From Podarcis pityusensis (Eukaryota), in NCBI GenBank assembly GCA_964106645.2, contig OZ067038.1: 64,000 nucleotides of DNA; one strand, given 5' to 3'. A model generated the notes under the pieces. That model worked only from the letters and a program-made list of their open reading frames with translations. It was not told where the DNA came from and did not search any database. Positions 38,701-53,700 of the stretch are shown one piece after another; position 1 is the first letter of the stretch; each line of letters opens with the position of its first letter. The position numbers were made by a program, and so were the translations under genes.

Positions 38701-41700
38701 AGCTTAGATTCAAAGCCTTCCAGTGCCACAAATCAGGGTGATATTGAGCCACATTTCCAACGGGAGGGGAAAATACAAGTGACAAAAGAGTGCAGAGTGT
38801 TCCTCTGCCCTGCTGGCTTAAGCCTGGCATGGCAATGGATAAGGCAGTGGAGCTATCTTCATATTTCACTACCACCACCTCAGGATTGTACTGCAAAGCT
38901 TGTTAAGTAGCCAGTTGCCTGATGTCCTGCGATGGTGACAGAAACCGCTCAGAGATATCAGACAAGGATGCTTTTGCAAAATAAAAAAGTTGGTTCCTAT
39001 CCGCCCCCATTTTTGTTTACCTTTTGAAATACTAAGCATGTGTTTCCTGTGCTTGTATGCTTCTGTAGGTTACCACCTTGAATATAAAGAAAGAAATAGT
39101 ATTTTGTGGAAGCGAGCAAACAAGACCCCACTAAAGATGAGAGACTTCAGAGTGACAGGGTTAACGGAAGGTTTGGAATATGAATTCAGAGTGATGGCAA
39201 TCAATCTTGCTGGAGTTGGTAAACCAAGTCTGCCTTCTGAGCCAATTGTAGCCCTTGATCCAATTGGTAAGCTTCCCAAAGTAAAGAGATAAGTCTTCAT
39301 GTGTTAGAAAACAGTGATATACACTTTTACTACTTCTGTATTCTGTTGTTTTCAGATCCTCCTGGGAAGCCTGAAGTTATCAGTGTGACTAGAAACTCAG
39401 TGACTCTGATCTGGACAGAACCAAAATATGATGGCGGACATAAATTAATTGGCTACATAGTGGAGAAACGTGATCTACCTTCAAAGACTTGGATGAAGGC
39501 AAACCATGTGAATGTTCAGGAATGTGCATATACAGTAACTGACCTTTTTGAAGGATCTAAATATGAATTCAGAATTAGAGCTAAGAATACCGCTGGTGCT
39601 ATTAGTCCTCCATCAGAATCTACCGGAGCCATTATATGCAAGGATGAGTATGGTACGTATTCCCTGTAAAGGCACACACCAGTTTTTAATATTTTAGGTA
39701 TCTTCTTTCCTAACATATTAATTCTCTTTTACAGAGGCACCAACTATTGTTATTGATCCTACTGTCAAAGAAGGCCTGACTGTTAAGGCAGGAGACACCA
39801 TCTCAATGTCTGCTATTAGCATCCGTGGCAAGCCACTTCCAACTTCAGTGTGGTCTAAAGGAGGCAAAGATTTCAAGCTTTCAGAGACTGTTCATATTGA
39901 ATCAACTCCAACTTCTTCAACGCTTTCTGTCAAGTATGCCGCTAGAAAAGATTCTGGTGAATATACGATCACTGCAACCAATCCTTTTGGTACTAAAGAA
40001 GAACACGTACATGTAAAAGTTTTAGATGTACCAGGCCCACCTGGACCAGTTGAAGTGAGCAATGTTTCAGCTGAAAAGGCTACTCTCACATGGACACCCC
40101 CAACAGAAGATGGCGGGTCACCAATCAAGTCTTATGTACTTGAAAAGAGAGAAACTAGCCGCCTTCTATGGACTCAAGTTGCTGAAGACATTCAGTCTTG
40201 TAGGCATGTTGTGACTAAGCTTATTCAAGGAAATGAGTACCTTTTCCGTGTTTCTGCTGTGAATCAGTATGGCAAAGGAGAACCATCTCAATCAGAGCCA
40301 GTTAAAATGGTGGATAGATTTGGTAAGCAAAACTAGTCAAAAGGTATATGAATTTACTGCTGTAAAAATAGAAAAACATTTATGTGTTTATCAAAATCTG
40401 TTTTCCTCCTTTTAGGGCCTCCTGGTCCACCTGGTAAACCAGAAGTATCAAATATTACGAAAAACACTGTTACTGTAACCTGGAAAAGGCCAACTGATGA
40501 CGGTGGCAGCGAAATCACAGGCTACCATGTGGAAAGAAGAGAAAGAAAAGGCGTGAGATGGGTCAGAGTTACAAAGAAACCAGTATCAGACCTTCGATGC
40601 AAAGTGACTGGACTCCTAGAAGGAAATGAATATGAATTCCGTGTCAGTGCAGAAAACAGGGCAGGAATTGGACCACCAAGTGATATTTCTCAACCAGTAT
40701 TAACCAAGGATGCTGCATGTTAGTATGATTTCTATACTTTGGGGGGGGGGGTCCCTTTATAGCATGATTATCTATAAGGATTCCAATCAAATAAAATGTG
40801 TTGCCTTTTTTCATTATTTATAGATCCACCGGGACCTCCTTCCAACCCACGAGTAACTGATACAACAAAGACAACTGCTAGCCTAGCATGGGGTAAACCT
40901 CACTATGATGGCGGACTTGATATAATCGGCTATATTGTGGAGCATCAAAAAGAAGGAGAAGACACATGGGTGAAAGATACCACGGGGACTGCTCTAAGAA
41001 TCACAGAATTTGTGGTTGCTAATCTCCAGCCAGGAGCCAAATACAATTTTAGAATTATTGCCCTCAATGCTGCTGGCGCTGGTGAACCAGCAACGATAAA
41101 AGATGTTGAAATCAGGGAACGTGAAGTAGCTCCTGATTTTGAATTAGACGCCGAGCTGAGGAAAACTCTTGTTGTTAGAGCTGGACTGACCATTCGGGTA
41201 TTTGTTCCAATTAAAGGGCGCCCAGTTCCTGAAATCACATGGACCAAGGATGATATTTCACTTAAAGGACGTGCCAGTATTGAAAATACAGACTCTTTCA
41301 CACTTCTCATTGTCACAGAATGCACTAGATATGATGCAGGAAAGTATGTCATGACCCTTGAAAATGCTGCTGGCAAGAAGACTGGTTTTGTAAATGTAAA
41401 AGTCTTGGATACACCAGGGCCACCAATAAATCTCAAGCCCAGAGACATATCTAAAGATACCATCACCCTACAATGGGATATGCCTCTAATTGATGGTGGT
41501 TCACGCATAACAAATTATATAGTTGAAAAACGTGAGTCAACACGAAAGGCATATTCAACCATCACAACAAAGTGCCCAAAATGTTCACTTAGGATTCCTA
41601 ATTTGGCTGAAGGGTGTGAATATTACTTCAGAGTATTTGCTGAAAACGAATTTGGAATTGGTGAACCTGCCGAAACTGCTGAACCTGTAAGAGCGTCAGA

Positions 41701-44700
41701 GGCGCCATCACCACCAGAGAGCCTTAATATCATGGATATCACAAGGAAGACAGTCAGCCTTGCTTGGCCAAAGCCCGAACATGATGGTGGTAGCAAGATT
41801 ACTGGCTATGTTATTGAAGCCCAGAAAAAAGGTTCAACTCAGTGGACACATATCACAACTGTGAAAGCATTAGAATGTGTGGTAAAGAATCTGACTGAAA
41901 ATGAAGAATATACTTTCCAGGTTATGGCAGTTAATAGTGCTGGAAGAAGTGATCCAAGAGAAAGCAGACCAGTTGTCGTTAAAGAGCAAATGATGCTTCC
42001 AGAATTTGATTTGCGTGGCATTTACCAGAAAACAGTAATTGCCAGAGCTGGTGACAATATCAAAGTTGAAATACCTGTGCTTGGTCGCCCAAGGCCAACT
42101 ATTACTTGGAAAAAAGAAGACCAGTTAATTAAACAAACTCAAAGAGTAAACTTTGAACATACTGCTTCTGCAGCCATCTTGACCATTAATGAATGCACTA
42201 GAAACGATAGCGGCAGATACCCAATCTCAGCTAAAAATATTGTTGGTGAAGTTAGCGATGTTATAACTATACAGGTGCATGATGTTCCTGGACCTCCCAC
42301 AGGGCCAATCAAATTTGAAGAAGTTTCATCTGACTATGTCACCTTCTCATGGGAACCTCCACTGAATGATGGAGGGGTACCAATAAGTAACTATGTTGTA
42401 GAAATGCGTAAAACCGACAGTACTGCATGGGCTGAGTTAGCAACTACTGTTATACGTACTACTTTTAAAGCTGCTCGCCTCACTACTGGGACAGAGTACC
42501 AATTCCGTGTTAAAGCTCAGAACAGATATGGTTCAGGACCATCTATCAGTTCAGAGAATGTAATTGCTAACTATCCTTTTAAAGTTCCTGGTCCTCCAGG
42601 CACTCCTCAAGTGATTGCAGTCACAAAAGATGCAATTAGCATTAGCTGGCATGAGCCTTTGACAGATGGAGGAAGCCCCATTTTGGGATATCACGTTGAG
42701 CAAAAAGAACGAAATAGCATTCTTTGGCAGACCGTAAGTAAAGCTTTGATATCAGTAAATACCTTCAAATCAAGTGGTCTTACATCTGGCCTTGCCTATG
42801 AATTCCGAGTCATAGCAGAAAATATGGCAGGCAAGAGTAAACCAAGCAAGCCATCTGAGCCAGCATTGGCCCTGGACCCTATTGATCCTCCTGGGAAGCC
42901 AGTTCCTCTCAATATTACAAGACATGCAGTAGCACTTAAGTGGAAAAAACCTGAATATAATGGAGGTTTTAAGATAACTGGCTATACAGTTGAGAAAAGA
43001 GATCTTCCTAATGGCCGATGGCTAAAGGCTAACTTCGGCAATATACTAGAAACTGAGTTCACTGTTAGTGGTCTCACAGAAGATGCTGCTTATGAATTCC
43101 GTGTGATTGCTAGAAATGCGGCTGGTGCTGTTAGCCACCCATCCGAACCATCAGATGCAATAACGTGCAGAGATGAGATTGAAGCACCAAGGATCATGGT
43201 TGATGCTAAATACAAAGACACTTTGATATTAAAAGCAGGCGAAATTTTCAAACTTGAAGCTGACGTTTCAGGTCGCCCTCCACCAACTCTGACATGGACG
43301 AAAGAAGGAAAGGAGCTTGAAGACACGGCAAAATTAGAAATTAAAATAGCTGATTTCTCAACTGTTCTTCATAATAAGGACTCTATAAGAAGAGATGGAG
43401 GTGCCTACACACTTACAGCCTCCAATCCAGGTGGCTTTGCAAAACATATTTTCAATGTCAAAGTACTAGACAGACCTGGTCCTCCAGAAGGGCCTTTGGC
43501 TGTGTCTGATGTTACCATAGAAAAATGTGTCCTGTCATGGTTACCACCTTTGGATGATGGAGGCGCAAGTATTGACCATTATGTTGTTGAGAAACGTGAG
43601 ACTAGCAGATTGGCATGGACAACTGTAGCCACAGAAGTTCCAGTAACAAAATTAAAGGTCACAAAGCTATTGAAAGGCAATGAATATATCTTCCGTGTTA
43701 TGGCTGTTAACAAATATGGCCTTGGCGAAGCCCTGGAATCAGAGCCTGTTCTTGCAGTAAATCCTTATGTAGTACCTGATCCACCGAAGACACCTGAAGT
43801 TACAGCTGCAACCAAAGATTCTATGATTGTGTGCTGGGGACACCCTGATTCTGATGGTGGAAGCCCTATAATCAATTATATTGTAGAACGTCGTGACAGG
43901 GCTGGACTACGCTGGGTGAAATGTAACAAGCGGGTTGTCACAGATTTGCGCTATAAAGTATCTGGACTCACAGAAGGTCATGAATATGAATACCGAGTGA
44001 AAGCTGAAAACGCTGCTGGTGTAAGTGAACCAAGTCTAAGCAGTCCATTCTACAAAGCTGCTGATACTGTATTTAAGCCAGGTCCACCAGGTAACCCACG
44101 TGTATTAGACACAAGCAAGTCCTCAATTACAATTGCTTGGAATAAGCCAATATATGATGGTGGCTCAGAAATCACAGGCTACATGGTTGAAACAGCATTA
44201 CCTGATGAAGATGAGTGGAAAATTGTAACTCCACCAGCAGGGCTGAAGGCGACTTCCTTTACCATCACTAATCTAAAAGAAAACCAGGAATATAAAATCA
44301 GAATATATGCTATGAACTCTGAAGGCATTGGAGAACCTGCTCTTGTTCCTGGGACACCAAAAGCTGAAGAAAGGGTACTGCCTCCTGAGATTGAACTTGA
44401 TGCAGACCTACGTAAAGTTGTGACCCTCAGAGCTTGCTGTACTTTAAGACTCTTCGTCCCAATTAAAGGAAGACCAGCGCCTGAAGTGAAATGGTCAAGA
44501 GAACATGGAGAGTCTTTAGACAAAGCCGCTATTGAATCCACAAGCTCTTATACACTACTTACAGTTGGAAATGTGAATAGATTTGACAGTGGCAAATATA
44601 TACTGACTGTAGAAAACAGCTCAGGCAGTAAATCAGCATTTGTAATTGTAAGGGTTCTTGATACACCTGGCGCCCCACAGAATCTGAAGATAAAAGAGGT

Positions 44701-47700
44701 TACAAAGTCATCTGTGACTCTCACGTGGGACCCTCCCCTCATAGATGGTGGCTCTAAAATTAAAAATTATATTATTGAAAAACGTGAGGCAACAAGAAAA
44801 GCATATTCAACAGTTATGGCCAATTGCCATAAGACCAGCTGGAAAGTGGACAATCTACAGGAAGGTTGCAACTATTATTTCAGAGTTCTAGCTGAAAATG
44901 AATATGGAATAGGGCTTCCTGTTGAAACATCAGACTCTATTAAGGCATCTGAAAGGCCTCTTCCTCCAGGAAAAATAACTATATTAGATGTGACACGAAA
45001 GAGTGTATCTTTGTCTTGGGAGAAACCTGAACATGATGGAGGAAGCAGAATTTTGGGCTACATTGTAGAAATGCAAAGCAAAGGCAGTGAGAAATGGGCC
45101 ACATGCACTACCGTAAAAGTTACTGAAGCTGTTATAACTGGACTGATCCAGGGTGAAGAATATTCTTTCCGTGTTTCAGCTCAGAATGAAAAAGGAATCA
45201 GTGATCCTCGACAATTGAGTGTACCAGTTATTGCGAAAGATCTTGTGATACCACCAGCCTTCAAACTGTTATTCACTACCTTCAGTGTACTAGCAGGTGA
45301 AGACTTAAAGGTTGATGTTCCATTTGTTGGTCGACCCAAGCCATCTGTAACGTGGCTCAAAGATGATGTGCCACTAAGACAAACTACTAGAGTAAACGAA
45401 GAAAATACAGACAACAACACTTTGCTAACAATAAAAGAAGCATGTAGAGAAGATGTTGGACAATATTTAGTAAAACTTTCTAACTCTGCTGGGGAAGCTA
45501 CTGAAATTCTTAACATTGTTGTCCTTGACAAGCCAGGACCTCCAACTGGACCAGTGAAGATTGAAGACGTAACTGCAGACAATATTACCATTTCCTGGGG
45601 ACCACCCAAATATGATGGTGGCAGTTCTATCAACAATTATATTGTGGAAAAACGAGACACCTCCACTACTGCTTGGCAGATTGTTTCAGCTACCGTTGCC
45701 CGAACAACTCTAAAAGCAGCTAGATTAAAGACTGGAAGTGAATATCAATTCAGAATTGCTGCTGAAAACAGATATGGAAAGAGTACATATCTCACATCAG
45801 AGTCTGTGGTAGCCCAGTATCCATACAAACTACCTGGGCCTCCTGGAACTCCTTTTGTACCAAAAGTCTCCAGGGATAGTATGGTTGTACACTGGAATGA
45901 ACCAGTCAATGATGGTGGCAGCAAGATTATTGGTTATCATTTGGAGCGCAAGGAAAGAAACAGCATACTCTGGGTTAAATTGAACAAAGCGGCAATTCCT
46001 GACACTAACTTTAAAACAACTGGACTTGAGGAAGGCCTTGAATATGAATTCAGAGTTTATGCAGAAAATATAGTTGGTATCGGAAAAGCAAGTAAAGGTT
46101 CAGAATGCTACAAAGCTTATGATCCTTGTGATCCTCCTGGTCGTCCAGAGCCTATCATCGTCACAAGGAACTCTGTTACTCTTCAGTGGAAGAAACCAGC
46201 ATATGATGGCGGAAGCAAGATCACCGGCTACATAGTTGAGAAGAAGGAGCTACCTGAAGGCCGCTGGATGAAAGCAAGCTTTACGAATGTTATTGAGACC
46301 CAGTTTGCAGTAACTGGCCTAGTTGAAGATCAAAGGTATGAGTTCCGTGTCATTGCGCGCAATGCTGCAGGCGTTTTCAGTGAGCCATCTGAAAGCTCGG
46401 GGGCAGTCACAGCAAGAGATGAAGTAGAGCCACCTCGCATAAGTATGGACCCCAAATTTAAAGAAACCCTTGTACTGCATGCTGGTGAATCGTTCAAGAT
46501 TGACGCAGACGTTCACGGTAAGCCGCTGCCTTCTATTCAGTGGCTAAAAGGCGACAAGGAACTAGTGAATACTGCACGCTTGGATATAAAAACCACAGAC
46601 TTTGCCACAAGCCTAAGCGTCAAAGAAGCCATTCGCGTTGACAGTGGGCATTATGTATTGCTGGCCAAGAATGCTGCAGGTGAAAAGACAGCTTCCGTTC
46701 ATGTTAAGGTTCTTGACAAACCTGGCCCACCTGAAGGTCCGGTTGTTGTAACAGGAGTTACTGCTGAAAAGTGTTACCTGGCATGGAAACCCCCATTGCA
46801 AGATGGTGGTAGTGACATTTCACATTATGTAATTGAAAGAAGAGAAACAAGCCGCTTAGTCTGGACTTTAGTTGATGGCAATGTACAAACCCTTAGTTAC
46901 AAAGTTACTAAACTTTTGGAAGGCAACGAATATATCTTCCGCATCATGGCTGTAAACAAATATGGGGTTGGGGAGCCTCTTGAATCTGAGCCTGTAATGG
47001 CTAAAAATCCATTTGTAGTGCCACTTCCACCAAAAGCCCCAGAGGTCTCGGCTGTTACCAAGGATTCTATGATTGTAGTATGGGAAAGACCACCCTCTGA
47101 TGGTGGCAGTGAAATTTTGGGTTATGTACTAGAAAAACGTGATAAAGAAGGCATTCGGTGGACAAGATGTAACAAGCGTTTGATAAGTGAACTTCGATAC
47201 AGAGTTACTGGACTTATAGAAAATCATAATTATGAATACAGAGTCTCGGCTGAAAATGCAGCTGGCCTCAGTGAGCCAAGCCTACCTTCTGTTTATCATA
47301 AGGCTTGTGACCCTATATACAAACCAGGTCCTCCCAACAATCCTAAAGCAATAGATGTTACAAGATCTTCAGTTTTTCTCTCCTGGAGTAAGCCAATCTA
47401 TGATGGTGGCTCAGAAATCCAAGGATACATTGTTGAAAAATGTGATGTGAGTGTTGGGGACTGGGCAATTTGTACACCACCAACTGGAATTAAGAAAACA
47501 AATATGGAAGTAGAAAAATTGCAGGAGAAGCATGAATATAAATTCCGCATTTGTGCTGTTAACAAAGCAGGAGTAGGAGAGCATGCCGATGTTCCTGGAA
47601 CTATTGTGGTCGAAGAAAAGCTGGAAGCTCCAGACCTTGATCTTGACTTGGAACTGAGGAAGGTTATCAATGTAAGAGCTGGTGGCTCCTTAAGATTATT

Positions 47701-50700
47701 TGTTCCAATCAGAGGACGCCCAACACCCGAAGTAAAATGGAGCAAGGTGGATGGTGACATCAGAGAGGCAGCTGTTATTGACAGCACTAGCAGCTTTACC
47801 TCGCTGGTTCTCGACAACGTTAACAGATTTGATTCTGGAAAATACACTCTTACTTTAGAAAACAGTGGTGGAACTAAGTCTGCCTTCGTCAGTGTAAGAG
47901 TCCTAGATACCCCAGGCCCCCCAGTGAACCTGAAAATTAAGGAAATCACCAAAGACTCAGTATCACTTGCCTGGGAGCCTCCTTCGATAGACGGTGGAGC
48001 TAAAATTAAAAATTATATAATAGAAAAACGTGAAGCCACAAGGAAAGCCTATGCTGCTGTTGTAACAAACTGCCACAAGACATCGTGGAAAGTGGCTCAA
48101 CTTCAGGAGGGCTGCTATTATTACTTCAGAGTTTGTGCAGAGAATGAATTTGGAATTGGCCTGCCTGCAGAAACAAGTGACCCAGTTAAAGTTGCTGAAG
48201 TTCCTCAACCTCCAGGAAAGATAACAGTGGACGATGTGACAAGAAACAGCGTTTCATTAAGCTGGGCTAAGCCTGAACATGATGGCGGAAGCAAAATTTT
48301 GCAATACATAGTGGAAATGCAAGTTAAGGGCAGCGAAAAATGGTCAGAATGTACGCGTGTGAAAGTTCTTGAAGCACTTGTTACTAACTTATCTCAAGGA
48401 CAAGATTATCTCTTCAGGGTAATGGCTGTAAATGAAAAGGGTAGGAGTGATCCACGGTCCCTTGCTGTTCCAATAACAGCCAAAGATTTAGTTATTGAAC
48501 CAGATGTACGACCAGCATTCCACAGTTACAGTATACAAGTGGGACAAGACCTAAAGGTGGAAATACCAATATCTGGTCGACCTACACCTACTATTACTTG
48601 GACCAAAGATGGCATGCCATTAAAACAGACAACTAGAGTTAATGTCATCGATTCACCTAAACTTACTGTGCTGAGTATTAAAGAGGTCACCAAAGAAGAC
48701 AGCGGGGCGTATGAAATTGCAGTTGCTAATGTTGTTGGACAGAAATCTGCAGCTGTTGAAATTATAACGCTAGACAAGCCTGATCCTCCAAAAGGCCCTG
48801 TTAAATTTGATGAAATTAGTGCTGAAAGTATTACATTATCATGGAACCCTCCAGTATATACAGGTGGCTGCCAAATCACTAACTACATTGTTCATAAGAG
48901 AGATACAACCACCACTGTATGGGAAACAGTTTCAGCTACCGTTGCAAGAACCACTCTCAAGGTGATGAAGCTCAAAACTGGATCAGAATATCAGTTTAGA
49001 ATATTTGCTGAAAATAGATACGGGCAGAGCTTTGCCCTGGAGTCTGACACGGTTGTTGCTCAGTATCCCTATAAAGAACCAGGTCCTCCTGGCACACCTT
49101 TTGTGACAACAGTTACAAAGGACTCTATGGTTGTGCAATGGCATGAACCAGTAAATGATGGTGGAAGTAAAATTTTAGGTTATCATCTTGAAAGAAAGGA
49201 AAGAAACAGCATTTTGTGGACAAAGGTAAACAAGACAGTTATTCAAGACACACATTACAAAACATCTAACCTTGAAGAAGGCATTGAATATGAATTTAGA
49301 GTAGCTGCAGAAAATATTGTTGGTGTTGGCAAAGCAAGCAAAGCTTCTGAGTGTTACGTAGCGCGTGACCCTTGTGATCCTCCAGGATGCCCTGAAGCTA
49401 TTATTGTTAAAAGAAGTTCAATTACTCTGCAATGGACAAAGCCAGAATATGATGGTGGCAGCAAAATTACAGGCTACGTAGTAGAGAAACGTGATTTGCC
49501 TGAAGGTCGTTGGATGAAAGCAAGTTTCACCAATATAACTGAAACTCAGTTTACTGTAACAGGCCTTACTGAAGACCAACGATATGAATTTAGAGTCATT
49601 GCAAGGAACGCCGCTGGAGCAGTAAGCAAGCCATCTGATAGTACAGGACCGATAACAGCAAAAGATGAAGTTGAGCTTCCAAGAATATCCATGGATCCCA
49701 AATACAAAGATGCAATTGTTGTAAACGCTGGAGAAACATTCAAACTTGAGGCTGATGTCCATGGGAAGCCAATTCCCACTATTCTGTGGTTGAAAGGAGA
49801 TAAAGTACTTGAAGATACTGCCCGATGTGAAGTAAGGAATACAGACTTTAAGGCCTTGATTACTGTTAAAGATGCCATACGTGTTGATGGTGGGCAATAT
49901 ATTTTGCAGGCCTCTAATGTTGCAGGAACAAAATCAGTACCAATAACAGTAAAAGTACTGGACAGACCAGGACCTCCAGAGAGTATTCAAGTTTCTGGAG
50001 TTACTGCTGACAAGTGTTCCTTAACATGGGCGCAACCGATCCATGATGGTGGCAGTGACATTTCTCACTACATAATTGAGAAGAGAGAAACAAGTCGCCT
50101 TGCGTGGACAGTTGTTGCTTCAGATGCTGTAGCCACAATGCTGAAAGTAACAAAACTTCTGGAAGGAAATGAGTATATCTTCCGCATAATGGCAGTTAAT
50201 AAATATGGAGTTGGGGAGCCTCTGGAGTCTGCTCCAGTATTAATGAAAAATCCATTTGTTGTTCCTGGTCCACCAAAATCCATTGAAGTAACCAACGTTA
50301 CAAAGGATTCCATGACCGTCTGCTGGCATCGTCCAGATAGTGATGGTGGCAGTGAAATAGTTAACTACATTGTCGAAAAAAGGGACAGAGCTGGTATCAG
50401 ATGGGTGAAATGTAACAAACGCCGAATTACAGACCTGCGATTAAGAGTCACAGGATTAGCAGAAGATCATGAGTATGAATTTAGAGTATCTGCTGAAAAT
50501 GCTGCTGGAGTTGGTGAGCCAAGCCAAATCACTCCCTTTTGGAAAGCATGTGACCCTATGTTCAAACCTGGCCCACCCACTAATGCCCATGCTGTGGATA
50601 CTACCAAGAATTCAATTACAGTAGCATGGGGTAAGCCTATTTATGATGGCGGCAGTGAAATCCTGGGATATATTGTAGAAATCTGCAAAGTGGATGAAGA

Positions 50701-53700
50701 AGAATGGACAATAGTTACCCCACAGACTGGTCTGAGAGTCAATCGCTTTGAGATCAAGAAACTCATTGAACATCAAGAATACAAACTTAGAGTTTGTGCT
50801 CTTAACAAAATTGGAGTAGGTGAAGCTGCAGCAGTTCCTGGCACAGTTAAACCAGAAGATAAACTTGAGCCACCTGAACTTGATATTGACTCAGAATTAA
50901 GGAAGGGAATTGTGGTTAGAGCTGGTGGATCTGTCAGGATAAACATACCTTTCAAAGGACGCCCAACTCCTGAAATCATGTGGTCTCGAGAAGAAGGAGA
51001 ATTTACAGATAAGGTTCAAATTGAAAAGGGCCTGAATTACACACAGTTATCCATTGATTACTGTGACAGAAATGATGCTGGAAAATATATCCTTAAACTG
51101 GAGAACAGCAGTGGCTCTAAGTCTGCATTTGTCACAGTTAAAGTACTTGACACACCGGGACCACCGCAAAATTTAGTAGTCAAAGAAATAAGGAAAAATT
51201 ATGCTGTACTGACGTGGGAGCCTCCAGCTAATGATGGTGGGGCAAAGATAAAGAACTATGTGATTGATAAACGCGAATCAACCAGAAAAGCATATGCAAA
51301 TGTGAGCACAAAGTGCAGCAAAACAAGTTTTAGAGTTGATAACCTTATTGAAGGGGCAATTTATTATTTCAGAGTAATGGCTGAAAATGAATATGGAATT
51401 GGTGTTCCAGTTGAAACTGCAGATGCCTCAAAAGCTTCAGAACCACCTTTGCCTCCAGGAAAAGTGACTCTCACTGATGTGACTCAGAGAAGCGCATCAT
51501 TTATGTGGGAAAAGCCTGAACATGATGGAGGTAGCAGAATTGTGGGGTACGTTGTTGAAATGCAGCCAAAAGGAACTGATAAATGGAGTGTTGTTACTGA
51601 AACCAAAGTCTGTAATGCAGTTGTGTCTGGTTTGAGTTCTGGACACGAATATCAATTCCGTGTCATGGCATACAATGAAAAAGGCAAGAGTGACCCTAGA
51701 CCACTGGCAGTTCCTGTGATTGCCAAAGATCTGACCATTCAGCCAAATATCAAACTAATGTTCAATACATACACTGTCCAAGCTGGAGAAGACCTTAAAG
51801 TAGAAATACCCTTTATAGCTCGACCAAAGCCTACTATCACATGGGAAAAAGATGGTCAGCCTCTAAGACAGACAACCAGGTTACATGTTGAAGATACACC
51901 TACATCAACTACTTTGTATATTAAAGAAAGCAACAAGGATGATTTCGGTAAATATACTGTGACAGTAACCAACACTGCAGGCACAGCAGCAGAACATCTT
52001 AATATAATTGTGCTAGAGAAGCCTGGCCCACCACAAGGACCTGTCCGCTTTGATGAAGTTAGCTCGAATTTTGTTGTTCTGTCATGGGAACCACCAGCAT
52101 ACACAGGTGGCTGTCAAATATCCAATTACATTGTAGAGAAGCGTGACACTACTACCACTACCTGGCAGATGGTCTCAGCGACTGTTGCAAGAACAACTAT
52201 TAAAGTAACAAACCTTAAAACGGGTAGTGAATATCAGTTTAGAATTAGTGCTGAAAACCGATACGGAAAGAGCACCGCACTGGATTCTAAGCCAGTTCTT
52301 GTTCAATATCCCTACAAAGAACCAGGTCCACCAGGAACACCATTTGTCAGCATCGCTACCAAAGATCATATGATAGTACAATGGAATGAACCAGTTAATG
52401 ATGGAGGAAGCAAAGTTCTTGGTTATCATCTAGAACGTAAAGATAAAAACAGCATTCTTTGGACAAAATTGAATAAGGCCCTCATTCAGGACACAAAATA
52501 TAAATCAGATGGCCTTGAGGAAGGTCTTGAATATGAGTTCAGAGTTGCCGCTGAAAATATTGTTGGCATAGGTAAGGTTAGCAAATCATCTGAACTGTAT
52601 GTTGCTCGAGATGCTTGTGATCCACCTGGCCGTCCAGATGCCATTGTTATTACAAGAAATTATATAACATTAAAATGGAAAAAACCTGAATATGATGGTG
52701 GCAGCAGAATAACTGGATATGTTGTGGAAAAGAGAGAACTTCCTGAAGGTCGTTGGATGAAAGCCAGTTTTACAAATGTAACAGAAACAGAGTTCACAGT
52801 AACTGGTCTTGTGGAAGACCAACGATATGAATTCAGAGTAATTGCAAGAAATGCAGCTGGTAGCATAAGTGAACCATCTGAAAGCACAGGACCAATTATT
52901 GCCAGAGATGAAATTGAAGCTCCAAGAGCTTCACTGGATCCAAAATACAAAGATGTCATTGTTGTTCATGCTGGAGAAACATTTGCTCTTGAGGCTGACA
53001 TCCATGGCAAACCCATTCCTGATATTATATGGTCGAAAGATGGAAAAGAATTTGAAGGAGCAACTGCAAGAATGGAAATTAAGTCTACCATTGAGAGAAC
53101 AACCCTCACAGTCAAAGATTGCATCAGAGTGGATGGAGGCATTTATACACTTAAACTGAGCAATGTTGGTGGCACAAAGTCTATACCAATCACTGTAAAA
53201 GTACTTGACAGACCTGGACCTCCGGAAGGGCCTTTGAAAGTTACAGGTGTGACTGCAGAAAAGTGTTATCTGGCATGGGGACCACCTTTACACGATGGTG
53301 GCTCTAACATTTCACATTATATTATAGAAAAGAGAGAGACAAGTCGACTTTCATGGACACAAGTGGCATCTGATGTGCAAGCTCTGAACCACAAAGTAAC
53401 CAGGCTTCTTCCAAACAATGAGTACATTTTCCGTGTAATGGCTGTCAACAAATATGGAATTGGTGAACCACTGGAATCCGAGCCTGTGTTGGCATGTAAT
53501 CCATACAAACCTCCAGGCCCTCCTTCAATACCTGAAGTTTCTGCAATCACAAAAGATTCTATGATTGTAACCTGGGGTCGTCCAGAGGATAATGGTGGTG
53601 CTGAAATTGAAGGGTACATACTAGAAAAGCGAGACAAAGATGGTATTCGGTGGACCAAGTGCAATAAGAAGAGACTAACAGACTTAAGACTCAGAGTAAC

